DNA from: Eledone cirrhosa
Taxonomy: Eukaryota
Length of the DNA: 64,000 nt
Assembly (NCBI GenBank): GCA_964016885.1
Contig: OZ024742.1
Coordinates: 260,958,001-261,022,000 of the forward strand
Direction of reading: 5' to 3'
Shown here: positions 50,272-63,864 of the stretch, piece by piece
Position numbering within the stretch: position 1 is the first letter of the stretch
Layout of the letters: every line of letters starts with the position of its first letter
The notes under the pieces: generated by a model
Seen by the model: the letters and a program-made list of their open reading frames with translations, nothing else
Database searches by the model: none
What the model was told of the DNA's origin: nothing
Translations under genes and position numbers: made by a program

Positions 50272-52039
50272 GTAAGTGTCAAACTGTATAGATTTATATT
50301 GTCACACCATTTACAAGGTGTTTTTGGTGTAGCCATAATTATTATTATATATTTTCTGTATCGTTTCTATTTTCTTAAATATATTTTATTGGTGAATGGC
50401 TGAGAAGACTCTTCAGTTTGTCTATGACATAACAACCTCTCTAGTGTCGGTGTCATGATAAAATGCTATGTTCTGTAAAGTGATTGGTGATAAGAAAGGC
50501 GTCCAGTTGTAGAAAACTTGCAAAACACCGGTCAAACAGACTCTTGTTGCATCATAGACATAACAACCTCTCTAGAGCTGGTGTCATGATAAAATGCACC
50601 CAGTGCTCTCTGTAGAGTGCAGTAATGTATTTATCCCATCTGAGAGGTCAGTAGCACCGATTAGGTACTGACTTGGCCAAAGTCAACCTATCCAATTCTT
50701 GCTAGCAGGAAGAATAGATGTTAAACCATGATGATGCGAAGGATGAATGAGAGAAAGACAGCCAGTGCTCGTGGTCATTGTAGATCCTTCTAGACTGGTG
50801 AGATTGATGAGGTTGATATTCAATTTCAATATTTGTAGGTCAATATCTGTAAAAATATGTGTGTGCGGTTGACAGAGAAATCCAGACAGTTGATGGCTGG
50901 GTAGTTCATTGGTTTTTGTTCAAGTGGTGATCACAGAAAAATAGATATAGTAGATAAATCCTAGTAAGTTAAAGTCTCAATCTGGTTTTAGTTCCCAGTT
51001 GTGTTTATCTTATTTCTTTGGCACTACTGATGTGCTTTTTTATGTTTTAGAAGGTTTGAATAAGACACTGAAACACACACGACTATGCATATATATTGCC
51101 ATCCATATTTATTGTATGTAGATGCAGCATGGCTAAATGGTTAAGAAGCTCCTTTCACAATAAGGTCTCAGTTTTGATCCCACTGAATGGCATATTGGGC
51201 AAGTGTCATTTATCATAGCCTTGTGTTGACCCATGCCTTGTGAGTGAAATTGAGTAGACAGAAACTATTTGGAAGCCAGTTGGATGGATTGTATCTGTAA
51301 TTCAGAGGTCCATCCTTCTCAAAAACTGTGTTTCATTGAATTACTCTGAGAATTTCGTTAAAGGTATACATGTGTGTTGAATTCTCAGGCACTTGCGCAT
51401 CATTTTTCACAAACAGATTATTTCATTGATTGAACATTTGGAACATTCATTGTCAAACTAATGGAGGTCAATCTATCCATTTATCTTCTGTTGTTAGTAT
51501 CTTATCTAAATTGAGTAAAAGAAGGTGAAATGTTCTGCCCCAAAGTTCTAAATGATACCCTCTATTAGTCTACTTTAAGCATTAATCAATAACCTGTGGC
51601 TACAATAGAAGTCACTTGCCCAACAGGCTGCACAGTAGGACTGAATTCAAAATCATGTAGCAGAAAAGCAAACTTCTTAACTACTCAGTATAGTCAGAGG
51701 AGGAAAAGTAGTAATCAGGATATTTTGTAAGATCTGGTTGGGAAAGGGATGAATAAGTGATGACTTGTGGTTTACTGCGGCAGGAAATATCACATTAAGT
51801 TATCCTTAAGGGCCAAGAGATGGTGTTAAAATGGGCGATGGATTATATCTCCCCTCTCACAATAAAAGACACAGTTCAATCAACAAGCTTCCACACAATT
51901 ACCATCTACTCAATGTCATTCACAAGGCTCATGTCAACACAAGGCTATAACAGAATATATTTGCTCAATATGCCATCTAGTGGGATCAAAGCAAGAGCTA
52001 ACCATTTAGTCAAATGTCCCAATAGGATCCACTATGGAT

Positions 52040-52530
52040 TCTTTCAGCCTCCACCTGCTTTCCTGTCGCTACAGTGCTGGCTGCCTTCCACGCCATGCTG
52101 CCCTCAACGAGGTCCTAAAGCATGGCTTGGATGCTGCAGGCTTCCCCTCCCAGCTCAAGCCAGTGGGGCTGGACCGAGGGATGGCAAAACGCCAGACAGC
52201 ATGACCATCTTCCCCTCATCTGGGATGCCACTTGCAGTGACACATTCTCCAGTGATGACCTGGTGCAGTCTGCGACTAGCCCAGGTTCTGCTGCACATTG
52301 GGCCGAGGAGGCCAAACTCTCCAAGTACTGGTACTCTCTAACAGGTTTGCAGTCGCCTTAGCAGTGGAGACTTCTGGTGTCCTTGGCCCTAGAGCTACCT
52401 CCCTACTTACCACCATAGGCGCTGAGCTGGCTAGCCGCAGGTGTGAGCCTCGTGAGATGAAATGGCTCTCCCAGTGCATCTCCCTCACCATCCTCCGGGG
52501 AAATGGTTTTTCTATTCTGTCCACTGGTGT
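52040..52530 (+). mobile_element. CRE-clade non-LTR REL fragment
   Basis: RDGKTPDSMTIFP, IWDATCSDT, AEEAKLSKY, AVETSGVLG, ISLTILRGN. Confidence 0.8.
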
Positions 52531-52833
52531 CGTGGGGTGGCCAGTGTGTGGGACCCCATTTGCTCATAATAGTGAGAGATGGGGAGGGTGAAAGAGATGG
52601 AGGTGATGACAGTGGGAGTTTGGCTCCTCTGTATTCGGACCTGGTGTACATGTGTGTGTATGTTTACTTCTATTCATTTGACATGACAGTAACTTATAAT
52701 GAATCTACTGGATTTTTCTTTATTTACACTTTAAATTAGTAAATAAAACACATGTTCGTATGTATGTACATACTGACATACAACTAAATATGCAAAATTT
52801 AAAAAATTGTCTTTTACTTTGCTCCATTGTTAG

Positions 52834-52900
52834 ATCATGACTTTCGATGGGTTTTTCTGACAAGATTCTTTATGCAACAAGGAATTTCAACTGTAGTAGG
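52834..52900 (+). CDS. MFS exon 12 (DHDFRWVFLTRFFMQQGISTVV)
   Basis: gttag| and GG|gtgagt; DF.W.F..RF motif at the start of the C-terminal half. Confidence 0.92.
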
Positions 52901-53033
52901 GTGAGTATAAATATTTTACCAACACTGCTTTCCACATTAATTAAAATTGAACTGCAACATTAGTAGGTTGAGTGCAGTTCTTAAATCACGACTCATTTCA
53001 TGATTAACCCCGTTTGATAAGAAAACGCTTGAA

Positions 53034-53253
53034 CCCTTAAGCATTTAAACCTACCGTATCTGGCCATAATTCTCTCACCTCTTTCTGTTCAAACTGGCTG
53101 TAACTGGCCACTCATACTGATATTAAGGTATTGTTCTCAAAATAAATAACATCAAAATCTTATAGATTTGATATTATGTGAGATATTATGTGAGATAAAG
53201 CCTTTACCATGAAAATATAATAATAAATATATAGTAATGTAAATGCTAAAGGG
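53034..53253. mobile_element. piggyBac-like MITE
   Basis: CCCTTAAGCATTTA...TAAATGCTAAAGGG termini, flanked by tgaa/ttaa. Confidence 0.65.
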
Positions 53254-53860
53254 TTAAACCACCCCTGTTTCTATGGTACAAAACTTTATAATTTATCTAA
53301 ATAATGAGAAAACAAGTTTCATCAAATTCTTGATTATTTTCGAAATTATTTAAAAACCAGCGGCAGTATCTTTCATGAGACATATGATAATGAAAGGCTG
53401 AGGAGAGATATTTCACCATCTTAAGTTTCAACTGTAATAGCAATAGTATAGATCTTCGCATATAAGTCTGAATAAGATTCACAAGGGAAGTTTTAATCTC
53501 ATATCTAGGATGGTGCAATGCTACACACACAAACATCTTAGATCACATTCAAAAGAAGGCTATATGACTGACTTACATACACACTACACTCTCTGACCCA
53601 CAGGTATATCATTTCCTTTATTTGCCTATTACATTGATACTACAACAGCCTCTGCTTCTTGGAGTTAGCTAAATATGCACTCCTTCCACACAAGCCCAAT
53701 CAATGCCTACCGTCTCTTCTCCTCTCACCACTCCTACTTTCCCACCACCAAGATCCCACCAAGTTTTCCAGAATTCTTTTCCTTTCTCATTTGTCCATGT
53801 AGACATCAATATAAATGTTTAAATGTCAACAGACCACGATCATTTCTCCTTCATCTAGAC

Positions 53861-56452
53861 CAAAGGTTCTCAACGGGGGGCATATGCAGGGGACGTTTTG
53901 GAACTCCAGGGGGGAATTTTGGAACAAGGGGGCATCAGGGGGCGCTAGGGGGCACTGGAAGGCTCTTTACTTTGGTAAGTTTTATAAGCCATATTTGTAT
54001 GTCTCTGAGACAGCCAGTGTGAATGCATTTGAATGAGCATGCAGACAGCATAACTATGGTCTGACTGCAGCTGTTAGCAGGTGTGCAGGCGTGTCTAAAC
54101 ATTAACCGGTAATTGAGATCCTAAAAATGGAAAAAACCCACAGTCAACTGGGTCAAGGACACTTTGAGCGCAGCCAGTTAGAATATTGTCTTTGCTTCAC
54201 CAATAACAATGTATTTCATGTCTGAAATTATTGACTCAACTGTAACGAGTTAACACTATGTAGATCTATTTTATTCCCTATTGTATAAATAATATTACAA
54301 ATAAAAAAGAAAAGAAAAAACACAAAAGCGGGTAGCACACACATCTAGGACTACATACAACACATAAGCAGGTAATACACACATCTAGGACCACATACAA
54401 CTCATAATCAGGTAGCACACACATCTAGGACCACATACAACACATAATCAGATAATACACACATCTAGGTCTACATACCACACATAAGCAGGTAATACAC
54501 ACATCTAGGACCACATACAACACATAAGCAGGTAATACACACATCTAGGAGCACATACAACACACAAGCAGGTAATACATACAGCTGGGACCACATGCAA
54601 TACATAAGCAGGTAATACATACATCTAGGACTGCATACAACACACAGGGAGGTAATACATACATCTAGGACCACATACAACACACATTGTATCATGTGCT
54701 ACGGATGACGCAAGAGCAATGGTCGGTCAACCTAAGGGTTTCTTCACTCTTCTGAAGAGAGAAAATCTATCTGTATTTGCTGTTCATTGTGTCATTCATC
54801 AACAACACTTGGCTGCAAAGAAACTCAGCAAGGAATGCTGTGAAAACATTCCTGGTCAAATTGAATGTCATCGAAAGGAATCTTTGTTGACGGGAATTCT
54901 ATAATTTTCCTAGTGTCGACAATGTTCAAAACATTGTAAGCGATGACCAACTCCAAATTTATACCGCTCACTTCTGTGCTCTACAAGACAACATGAGAGA
55001 ACAGTTTGTTGACCTTTTGCCGATGGACATCCCAATGTGGATAGCAGATCCCTTCATAGCTACTGCCGACGATTTGGACGTTAAATTTCAGGAAGAATTC
55101 ATTGAACTTCAAGCAGATAACATGATCAAAATTAGATTTCCTAAAATAGGTGAACCCCTTTTTTGGATGCAAGAGGAAATTCAGCATCGATTTCCACTCC
55201 TACATGCAGAGGCTAAGAGATTTGCTCTGCCTTTTCCAAGCTCATACTTAATCGAGAGGAGGTTTGGTGCAACCGCTACAATGTAATTACACGTGGAGAT
55301 CGCTAGCTACATCTTACGAAAATTCAGCCTCATGTCAAAGAGTTAGCTAGACTCCATGAAGCTCAAGGATTCCATTAAAATGAGGTCAAAGTTAAACTAA
55401 GTTGATTTATCCGAAAACTTGGGTATGCTATTGTTACAAAGCAAACTAACAATTTTTTTTATTTGTAGTTGCAGTCTGACTGTAATTCACTTACTCATTT
55501 GTTGTATATATTTTACCATTTACTAATAAATATACCCTCTTATATAGTCATGAAAACCCTCTTCCACGGTCTCTAAGTTCACAAAGAGGAGGGGACATCA
55601 AGTTAGATATCAACATTTATTCTGTCTGTTTCAATAAAAGGAAAATTGGAAAGCTTTGAAATGATATAATTGCCACGTTCTTCCAGATAAGACCACTCTT
55701 TGGATAGACAGAGTTGCTCTTGTATAAATGTTCAAAATAGCCTGTATCGCCTGGTGGGAATATAACAAATTCAACTGGTCCTTCAGCAGCACCGTTTTAC
55801 ATCCGTTCTTCCATGCTAGCATGGGTTAGACAGGTTGTCCTGTTGTGGGCAGTGTCCGGTCGGCTGACCTTGTCTTGCTCATACTGGAACTGATTCTGGC
55901 TTGATTTCTACAGCTGGATGCCCTTCCTAACACCAACCTCATTTACAGTGAGTGCTGGGTGCTTTTTTCCGTGGCGCCTACACGTCCACTTTTACAGTGT
56001 GGGCTGGGTGCTTTTTTTGCCATGGCACCTCCACGACCACTTTGCAGTGGAATGATAGGGACCCCAGTCCTATCATCTCATTTCTACAGCTGAGTAAACT
56101 GGAGCAATGTGAAATAAAGTGAAACAACACATCACCCAGTCCGAGAATTGAACTCACAACCTTTAGATTGCAAGCCCAATGCTCTAACCACTAAGCCATA
56201 CGCCTTCCTTATTCATAAAAAAGAACATTTATGTTACTTTTTTTGAAATTTATATATTTCCTTTCAAGGAATGTATTTATACTCTCAGCTGCCTGCAATG
56301 GTATCTTTGGAATATTGTTAATCAATTTTTTAGTAATCGACTGATATCAAAATCATTAGTATATTGAAAAATGGAAAAATAGGGTAGGGGGCGTTTCGTG
56401 ATTTTGAGGGACAAAAGGGGGCGTTTGGCCTAAAATGGGTTAAGAACCTGTG
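53861..56452 (+). mobile_element. hAT (Charlie/Buster-like) DNA transposon, internally deleted
   Basis: 8-bp TSD ATCTAGAC on both sides; TIR CAAAGGTTCTCAAC / GTTAAGAACCTGTG; remnants TDDARAMVG, HCVIHQQHL, FPSSYLIERRF. Confidence 0.92.
54320..54690. repeat. 40-bp minisatellite (~9 copies) inside the hAT element
   Basis: Unit cacataagcaggtaatacacacatctaggaccacatacaa. Confidence 0.93.
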
Positions 56453-56704
56453 ATCTAGACTAACAAAGATTAAAAAGCATGATGTCCCCCAATAATGTTA
56501 AATTAACTTTGCTTTATTTCATTTCCAGTTTTGTGATAACTACAGCAATATCTTGAAAACGTTTATAAAAGCAATCAATGATATATCTAGATATACCCAG
56601 CACCCAACTGATTATCCATTCCCAAATATATGGTTGGGGGTTACATGATGATTAAAATTATTAAATATATATTCAGACTATATGATTACACTCCTTTCTT
56701 TTAG

Positions 56705-56812
56705 GTTCTTGGAATACTGGTTGGATGACATGATCAACTTGCCAAACTGTTGGACTGCAAGGACTGCTGTGGCCATTGTTCTCATTCCTCTTCTCTTCTC
56801 TGCAGCGATAAG
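56705..56812 (+). CDS. MFS exon 13 (GFLEYWLDDMINLPNCWTARTAVAIVLIPLLFSAAI)
   Basis: ttttag| and AG|gtaatc; phase 2/2. Confidence 0.9.
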
Positions 56813-57859
56813 GTAATCAGTGTTTCTCCTTCTTTTCATTCCTCCTCTCCTCACATCTACCTACACCTCTCTCTTCTTCTCACTACCTCCTCTTCCATTT
56901 CATCACCTCTACCTACTCCTCCACCTTACCTACACCTATTCTCCTCTTTCTCCACCTCTACCATCTCTATTTTCTTCATTTCTACAGCATTTTCTATTCT
57001 TTCTTCCAAAAGCATAAACTTGAAAACCAATTTAAAATATCCCACATCATAGATTTTATTTTAAAAGATTATGCAGACACCCAAAATACTGTAAATGATA
57101 AACCATAATTCCTCTTCAAAACATTGAATTGTATAATAGTTCAGTGGCAGAAGGTAAATATTATTGCTGCTCAGATATGTAGTTAAGGCACATTTAGATC
57201 TCTCTATTGTGACTTTATAGTAGCTGAGAATAAAGATATTTAAATCTTTTGCGACTGTATTTCTAATGAATATACACTAATATACACTCTATATGAATTA
57301 AATAATGAAGAATTTTGAGAAATTTACTAAAATTAGTAATTATTTCATTACTAAGATAGTAACTTAACACATGGAACCTGTCGGTGATCACAAATTTCAG
57401 AATTCTTCGAATCCTTATCCTTGCCGAAGGGTCGTTTTGAGAAATGTAATGTATTTCACTCCATTTTCTTGTCTCACCATGTTTTCCTTGGTCCATTTAC
57501 TTAGAATCCAATCTTTTCAATTTTATTCGATAATTCTGTCAGACCCTCAAAAACAATCTTCTCATATTTAAACTCTGATTACTGTTATACGTTCGTTTAA
57601 TAAACTTCTCGTATTTAAACACTGATTACTGTTATACGTTCATTTAAATTATGGTCGAATTTGTAGGTTTAGATTATAAAAATAACCTTCTCGTTAACTT
57701 CCCCATATACCCCCCCCCTCCCCCACTCGCCAACATTACTATTTGGTCCAATCATAATTCAGCGGCTTATAATATGTTTCTCCTACCAATCTCTTTCACA
57801 AAACCACCGCCTCGGCTATCACTCCTTAAGTTTAGACCTGGTTGTTTTTTGATATGCTA

Positions 57860-60800
57860 GATGGACTATAGAATTCTGGAGAGTCTGAAGAATCTGGACA
57901 CTCAATGACAATGTCAGAGATAAAGATAAATTCACCTCATGTTGCCGGATGAGAATGCAAGGACTCCTCTTTATTTCAGACGCGGATGGCTAACATACGC
58001 CATCTCCCTCACCCCTCCCTGCACCTCCAGCCCATGCCTTCCACCCACCAAATGAAATCCCAAACTTCAGAGTTGGTACCATGATTGTAGGCACTTTAAA
58101 AGGTCATCTAGAGATGCTTGAACATAAGGAAGTTGATGTTTGCTGCGTTCAAGAGACTAGGTGGAGGGGTGGGTCTGCTAGATTCATTGTGGGTAAAAAA
58201 CGATGCTATAAACTTTTCTGGGTGGGAAATGAAAATGGGCTGAGTGGAGTAGGAATTATGTTAGCAGAAAAATGGGTAGATAAGATAATTGTTTCTACTT
58301 TTGGCACAAGGCCATCAATTACCCAGTACATTACTGGTACTTTATTTTATCGATGGGTAGATAAGATAATAGACGTAAATAGAGTGAACGACAGAATAAT
58401 TAAAATAAGACTTGTCCTAAATAGAACTACTGTGACAGTAATATCCGCTTACACACACCAATCTGGACTGCCTGGCGTTATAAAAGACAGATTCTATGAG
58501 TCACTAATGCTCACTACTTCCCAACTAACCGACAGTGACTACATAATTATTGCTGGCGACCTAAATGGTCATGTTGGACAACATTGTGACGGCTATGACG
58601 GAATCCATGGAGGCTATGGGTTTGGTACCAGAAATGAGGCAGGCTTCAGAATCCTGGAATTCTGTGACGCTAATAACCTAACTATCTGTAACACAAACTT
58701 CAAAAAACAAGACAATCACTTGATCACCTACAGATCGGGGGAACACACCAGTCAAATAGATTATATCCTTACCAGAAGACGTGACAAAGTGTCTGTTGTA
58801 AACACTAAATCTCTCCCCCCATGAAGAATGCACCTCTTAACATAGTCCCATAGTTAGCGACCTCATAGTCAGGATGAGACGTACTCGACAACAGAGGAGG
58901 ACTACCCTGAGAGGAGGAATATGGAAGTTAAAGGACCCCACAGCCAGTAACAAATTTAAAAGCATATTACTTGATGCTTTTGACAGTAAGGAAGGGCAAT
59001 AGAGACGTACAGTATAGAGGAACAGATGAAATCTGTGGCTGGAGCAGACCTATAGGCAGGAGGAGAGTAACATGGTGGTGGAACAGTAAGGTGGAAGAGT
59101 CAATCAAGGCCAAAAAGCAAGCTTGGAAAGTATGGCGGGATGGAGGAAGTAGACAAGACTATCAAGTGGCCAGGAGGGAAGCTAGGAGACAAGTGTACTT
59201 CGCAAGAAGGGAAGCAGAGGAAAGAAAGTTCAAGCATGTTCTACAACGCGAGGATCAAAAATGTGAGGTGTTCAGGATTGATAGACAATGTATCAACGAA
59301 CACTATGATATTGTCAGGGAGAAGTGTGTCCGTAATGATGATGGTATACTTGCCATCACTGATGCTGATAAGAAGGTAGCTTGGAAGTGTCACTACAAGA
59401 GGCTACTAAATGAGGAGAATAAATGGGAAAAAGAAAGTCTGCCCCAAATCGATCCAATAGAGGGACCAGCAGTGCAAGTTGAAGGTAGTATAATAAGTAA
59501 GGCAATCAAAGATATGAAGACAGGCAAAGCAGCTGGGCCTTCGGAGATAGTTGCTGAAATGCTGAAAGCATCTGGATTGGTGGGACACACTATGGTCACC
59601 CAGATAGTAAACCAAGTCATACAGAACGGGGTCATACCAATTGACTGGCGCAGCATTAACTGCTACAAGGGTAAAGGAGATGCCTAGATAGAGGAAGCTA
59701 TAGAGGCATTAAATTAATTGACCAGGTTATGAAGGTCACAGAAAGAGTTATAGCACAACTAATCAGAGAGCGAATTGATCTAGATGAAATGCAGTTTGGG
59801 TTTGTGTCAGGTAAAAGTACCACAGACGTTCTTTTCCTTGTACGACAGCTACAAGAGAAGTACCTAGCTAAAAGCAAACCCCTCTACTTAGCTTTTGTAG
59901 ACCTGGAGAAAGCCTTTGACAGAGTCTCCCGCTCCATTATCTGGTGGGCTCTTAGAAAACTAGGTGTTGATGAATGGCTTGTGAGAGCTATACAAGCCAT
60001 GTATAAAGAAACAGTCAGCAAGGATAGAATTAACATCGAATATATTGAAGAATTTAGCGTAAAAGTTGGTGTTCATCAGGGCTCTGTCCTTAGTCCCCTC
60101 CTAATTATTATTGCCCTTCAGGCTATAATAGAGGAGTTCAAGACCGGCTGCCCATGGCTCTTCTATATGAAGATGATCTAACACTTATAGCTGAATCGAT
60201 GGCTGAACTAGAGAAGAAATGGAAGCATGGCCTAGAATCAAAAGGCCTTAAAGTTAACTTGTCTAAGACTAAAGTTCTAGTATGTAGGAAGGAAAATAGG
60301 GCACTGGTCCCCTCTGGGAAATGGCCATGCTCAGTGTGTAGGAAAGGAGTAGGCAGAAACTCCATTTTATGTCCCAAATACAAAGTATGGGTGCATAAAA
60401 GATGTAGTGGGATCACAGGTAAGCTAACTAAGAACATAGATTTTATATGTGGGCAGTGCTCAGGTGCAATAAGTCGCAAGTGCCCACAGGATACTAGCTC
60501 CTTCCATTGCACAGATGGTTCTATAGAAATAGTGGACACCTTCCGTTACCTGGATAACAAAATCAGCAGTGGTGGAGGGTGCTCTGAAAGTACAGTACCC
60601 AGAGTCAGAACGGGATGGAAAAAGTTCAGAGAGCTTATACCACTATTGGCCGCTAAAGGTTTATCTCTAAAAATGAAAGGCAGACTGTATGATGCCTGCA
60701 TACGAACAGCAATGTTACATGGCAGTGAGACATGGGCATTGTGTGCAGGGGATCTGCGCAGACTGGAGAGGAACGAAGCTTGCATGCTCCGCTGGATGTG

Positions 60801-61643
60801 TAATAGTAATATACGTGAACAGCAAAGCATAAATGAACTAAGTGGGAAATTAGGAATAAGAGGGATCAGATGCTGTTTACTCGAGAGAAGACTATGTTGG
60901 TATGGTCACGTGATGCGCATGAAAGATGACAGCTGTATAAAATAGTGCAGGGCGATCAAAATTGATGGAAGCTACGGAGTAGGCAGACCCCAAAAAACCT
61001 GGGACGATAAATTCCAACCTTACACACTTACACCTCTCGAAGACAATGTCACTGGACTGAGGTCTTTGGCGCTACGCAGTAATACAGACCCGCCTTGCCT
61101 AAGTACAAAGCGAAACCTACAGTCAGTAGGCACCTCTTAACCAAAAATAAACCTGGGACGATAAATTCCAACCTTACACACTTACACCTCTCGAAGACAA
61201 TGTCACTGGACTGAGGTCTTTGGCGCTACGCAGTAATACAGACCCGCCTTGCCTAAGTACAAAGCGAAACCTACAGTCAGTAGGCACCTCTTAACCAAAA
61301 ATAAACCCCATCCCACTACCCCTACCCCGACCCCCATCAACACTTCTCTGTAAAGTTATGTTGGTATCACAACATCCAGTCCTAAATAAATGAGGTTGTG
61401 TAGGTGTCACGACAAAAAAAAAACACAGTCCACACTGTAATGTGGCTGTGTAGGTAACACAGTAAAAACCTTCCAGTCCACACTGTAAACGTGGTTAGTG
61501 TTTGGAAGGGTATCCAGCCGTAGAAAACCTGCCAGACAGTCCTATATGAGCGAGTCAACCAATCTTGCTTCAAGTGGGACAATTCCCATCTAAACCCATG
61601 CTAGCGTGGAAGATAGACGTTAAACAATGATGATGATGATGAT
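57860..61643 (+). mobile_element. Near full-length RTE LINE (APE-RT-PHD), decayed, with (GAT)n tail
   Basis: VQETRW, GDLNGHVG, SQIDY, MQFGF, DLEKAFD, VHQGSVLSP, LYEDDL, PHD-like finger; several frameshifts and stops. 5' boundary approximate. Confidence 0.95.
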
Positions 61644-62342
61644 GGTCCTTATATAAAATTCTGCCAGAAAATTTGGGATGATGTGGTCAAGTCAGATCTC
61701 ACAAAGGAGATAACTCAGGATCGAGTTGATTGGTAACACACTGTACTACAGTAAACTCCCATTCCCATATGTATTTTTCAAGCCCCCATTCCCTATTTAA
61801 TTTCCCCCATCTAGTTTTTCCTTTCCCTAATCTTCCATCTCATTCACATACCTGATTCTTCGTTCCTCACCTAACTCATGCCAACATGGAAAGATGGATG
61901 TACCTTCTACAGGGAATTGCCAGATGTACTCCACTCACTCTCTTGTGACCTCAGCCTCCGAGAGATTAGACAATGGTCCCTGATGCACCTTGTGCACATC
62001 AACAGGCGCTGTTGTGATTGGGTTTAGTATTCTCTTCACCTCGTGAGGATGCAGCTCTGTGGAGAGAAGAGAATCCCAGATGCATTCCTGATAGTGATGG
62101 GCCTGTGATCTGTCCTGGGAAGTGTGGGATGGATGCACAAAGATTGCACATCCTGAGACCCCAAACCATAACAATTAGAACCTGGAACATCACCCTTACA
62201 GGTAAGGAGCAGGAACTAGTGGAGGAGATTAAATGCTACTGGCTAGATATAGTTCGGGTTTCTTCAAAGTTTCTTGGTTCTGGCATTGAGTAAAAATATT
62301 TAATTTAATTATTTCTTGATTACAACATTCTATGTAAAGATG

Positions 62343-63036
62343 TGTAACAAATAGATTTGGTTGTTGGTATGATGGTTTTGATGAAAAGAATAATGCCAGG
62401 ATTGTGTTGTTACAATGTTTATTTTACAATAACAATATTCAATTTGAACATTGAATGATAAAATCTATAACATGAAATATTCGTACAATAAGTTGGTGGC
62501 TCTTTGAGCCACGTAAATGCAAGTATCAGAGAATACGATATAATATAATTTGTATTGTATCTGAAAGATACAATATGACAAATAGAAAGGGTGAGTGTAA
62601 AATGCAAACAATATGAACTTACTATGTGTGTGTGTGTGTGTGGGCGTATTAGTATACGTTCTTGTCTTAGTAGCAGTAGTATTCAATCAGCCAGGTGGCA
62701 ATTGTATGTGAGAAATTAGTGGACAGACTGGTTTTTCGTGAAGGGAGATTTAACAGCATTAGTGAAACCTCCTCTCTTGTCTGTATTATCACTTCTCTCC
62801 TGGGCATAAAAAATCCTTGTATTCATAATCTTGTTGAAGTTAGAAGGATGGATATATGATCTGATCTGTGGTTAGCATCTCCCAAGAGGTTGGGGTCACA
62901 GGTCAAATGGAATGTCATCCATCATTGTTGACAGGACAAAGGCGAAAATTTCCAACTACGGCTTGTCCCAGATGCAGGGAAAGCTCAGATTCGGTTTCGA
63001 ATCTTCACCGGTAAAATGTATGAGTATTCCGTTATA
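62343..63036 (-). mobile_element. Solo LTR-like element, same family as 32552-33648
   Basis: Minus-strand termini TATAACG...TGTTACA; 4-bp TSD GATG (62339-42, 63037-40). Confidence 0.78.
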
Positions 63037-63185
63037 GATGCTTGAATTCTCCATTTTCCTGTTACTCCAACCATTACCATATTTCATTTTACAATCATTT
63101 AAATGAATTACAATAATTTTCTTTCATATTTTCATTAATAATTATACATACACACATGCATATGTATAACACCTTTTATTAATAG

Positions 63186-63250
63186 CTCCTTGATTGCTGG
63201 CTGTATATCAGACATAATTCGAAGACGGAAGCCTGTTATTATATTTGGTG
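63186..63250 (+). CDS. MFS exon 14 (SSLIAGCISDIIRRRKPVIIFG), second motif A
   Basis: aatag| and G|gtaagt; G..SD...RRKP. Confidence 0.92.
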
Positions 63251-63774
63251 GTAAGTTTGAGCTTTATCTTCTGAAATGCAAGTCATTTCAGTAAGGGTTA
63301 TTAATAGTTGACTAAAAAATCTGCAGTGAGGTGGGAAAAGAATAATATAAGTCTAATTACTTACATTTTTCTTGCATGTAGTTCTGTTGATAGAGACAAA
63401 CCAGTACAGAAATACAAGTGGGGTGGGGGGAACTGTTTAAAATAAAGATTTCTAATTTAGACATATGGCCTGAGATTTTGGGGTATGGGTATAACTGTCT
63501 ATGATTGAATACTGGCTGTGGTAAGAAAATTCTTAACTTATTCAATACTTAACCCTGTACTTTATCTCTGAAATATTTAAAATGTCTAAAAACAGGTTCA
63601 TTAATTCAAAGGACAGCTTTTTACTGTGGTATAATCATAGTGCTGTTTTGTACTTTTTGAGAATGTCTTGTTAATATGGTTTTACGTGGTACTTGACATT
63701 AAGATTTAATCAACTGTGTATGATCTTTGTTTTTTTCTTTTTCTTTTTTTATTTTAACCACTATCAATCTGTAG

Positions 63775-63864
63775 GGGTTCTAATGATGCTTCCAGTTGTT
63801 GGATTGCTCTTGATACATGGGCCAGCTGCCTTCTATTCTGCAGTGTTCCTCTCTGTGGTATTTG
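63775..63864 (+). CDS. MFS exon 15 (GVLMMLPVVGLLLIHGPAAFYSAVFLSVVF); gene continues right of the window
   Basis: ctgtag| and G|gtaagt; hydrophobic. Confidence 0.88.

Noticed and set aside
54320-54690. 40-bp array as CRISPR
   Set aside because: Contiguous tandem units with no spacers.
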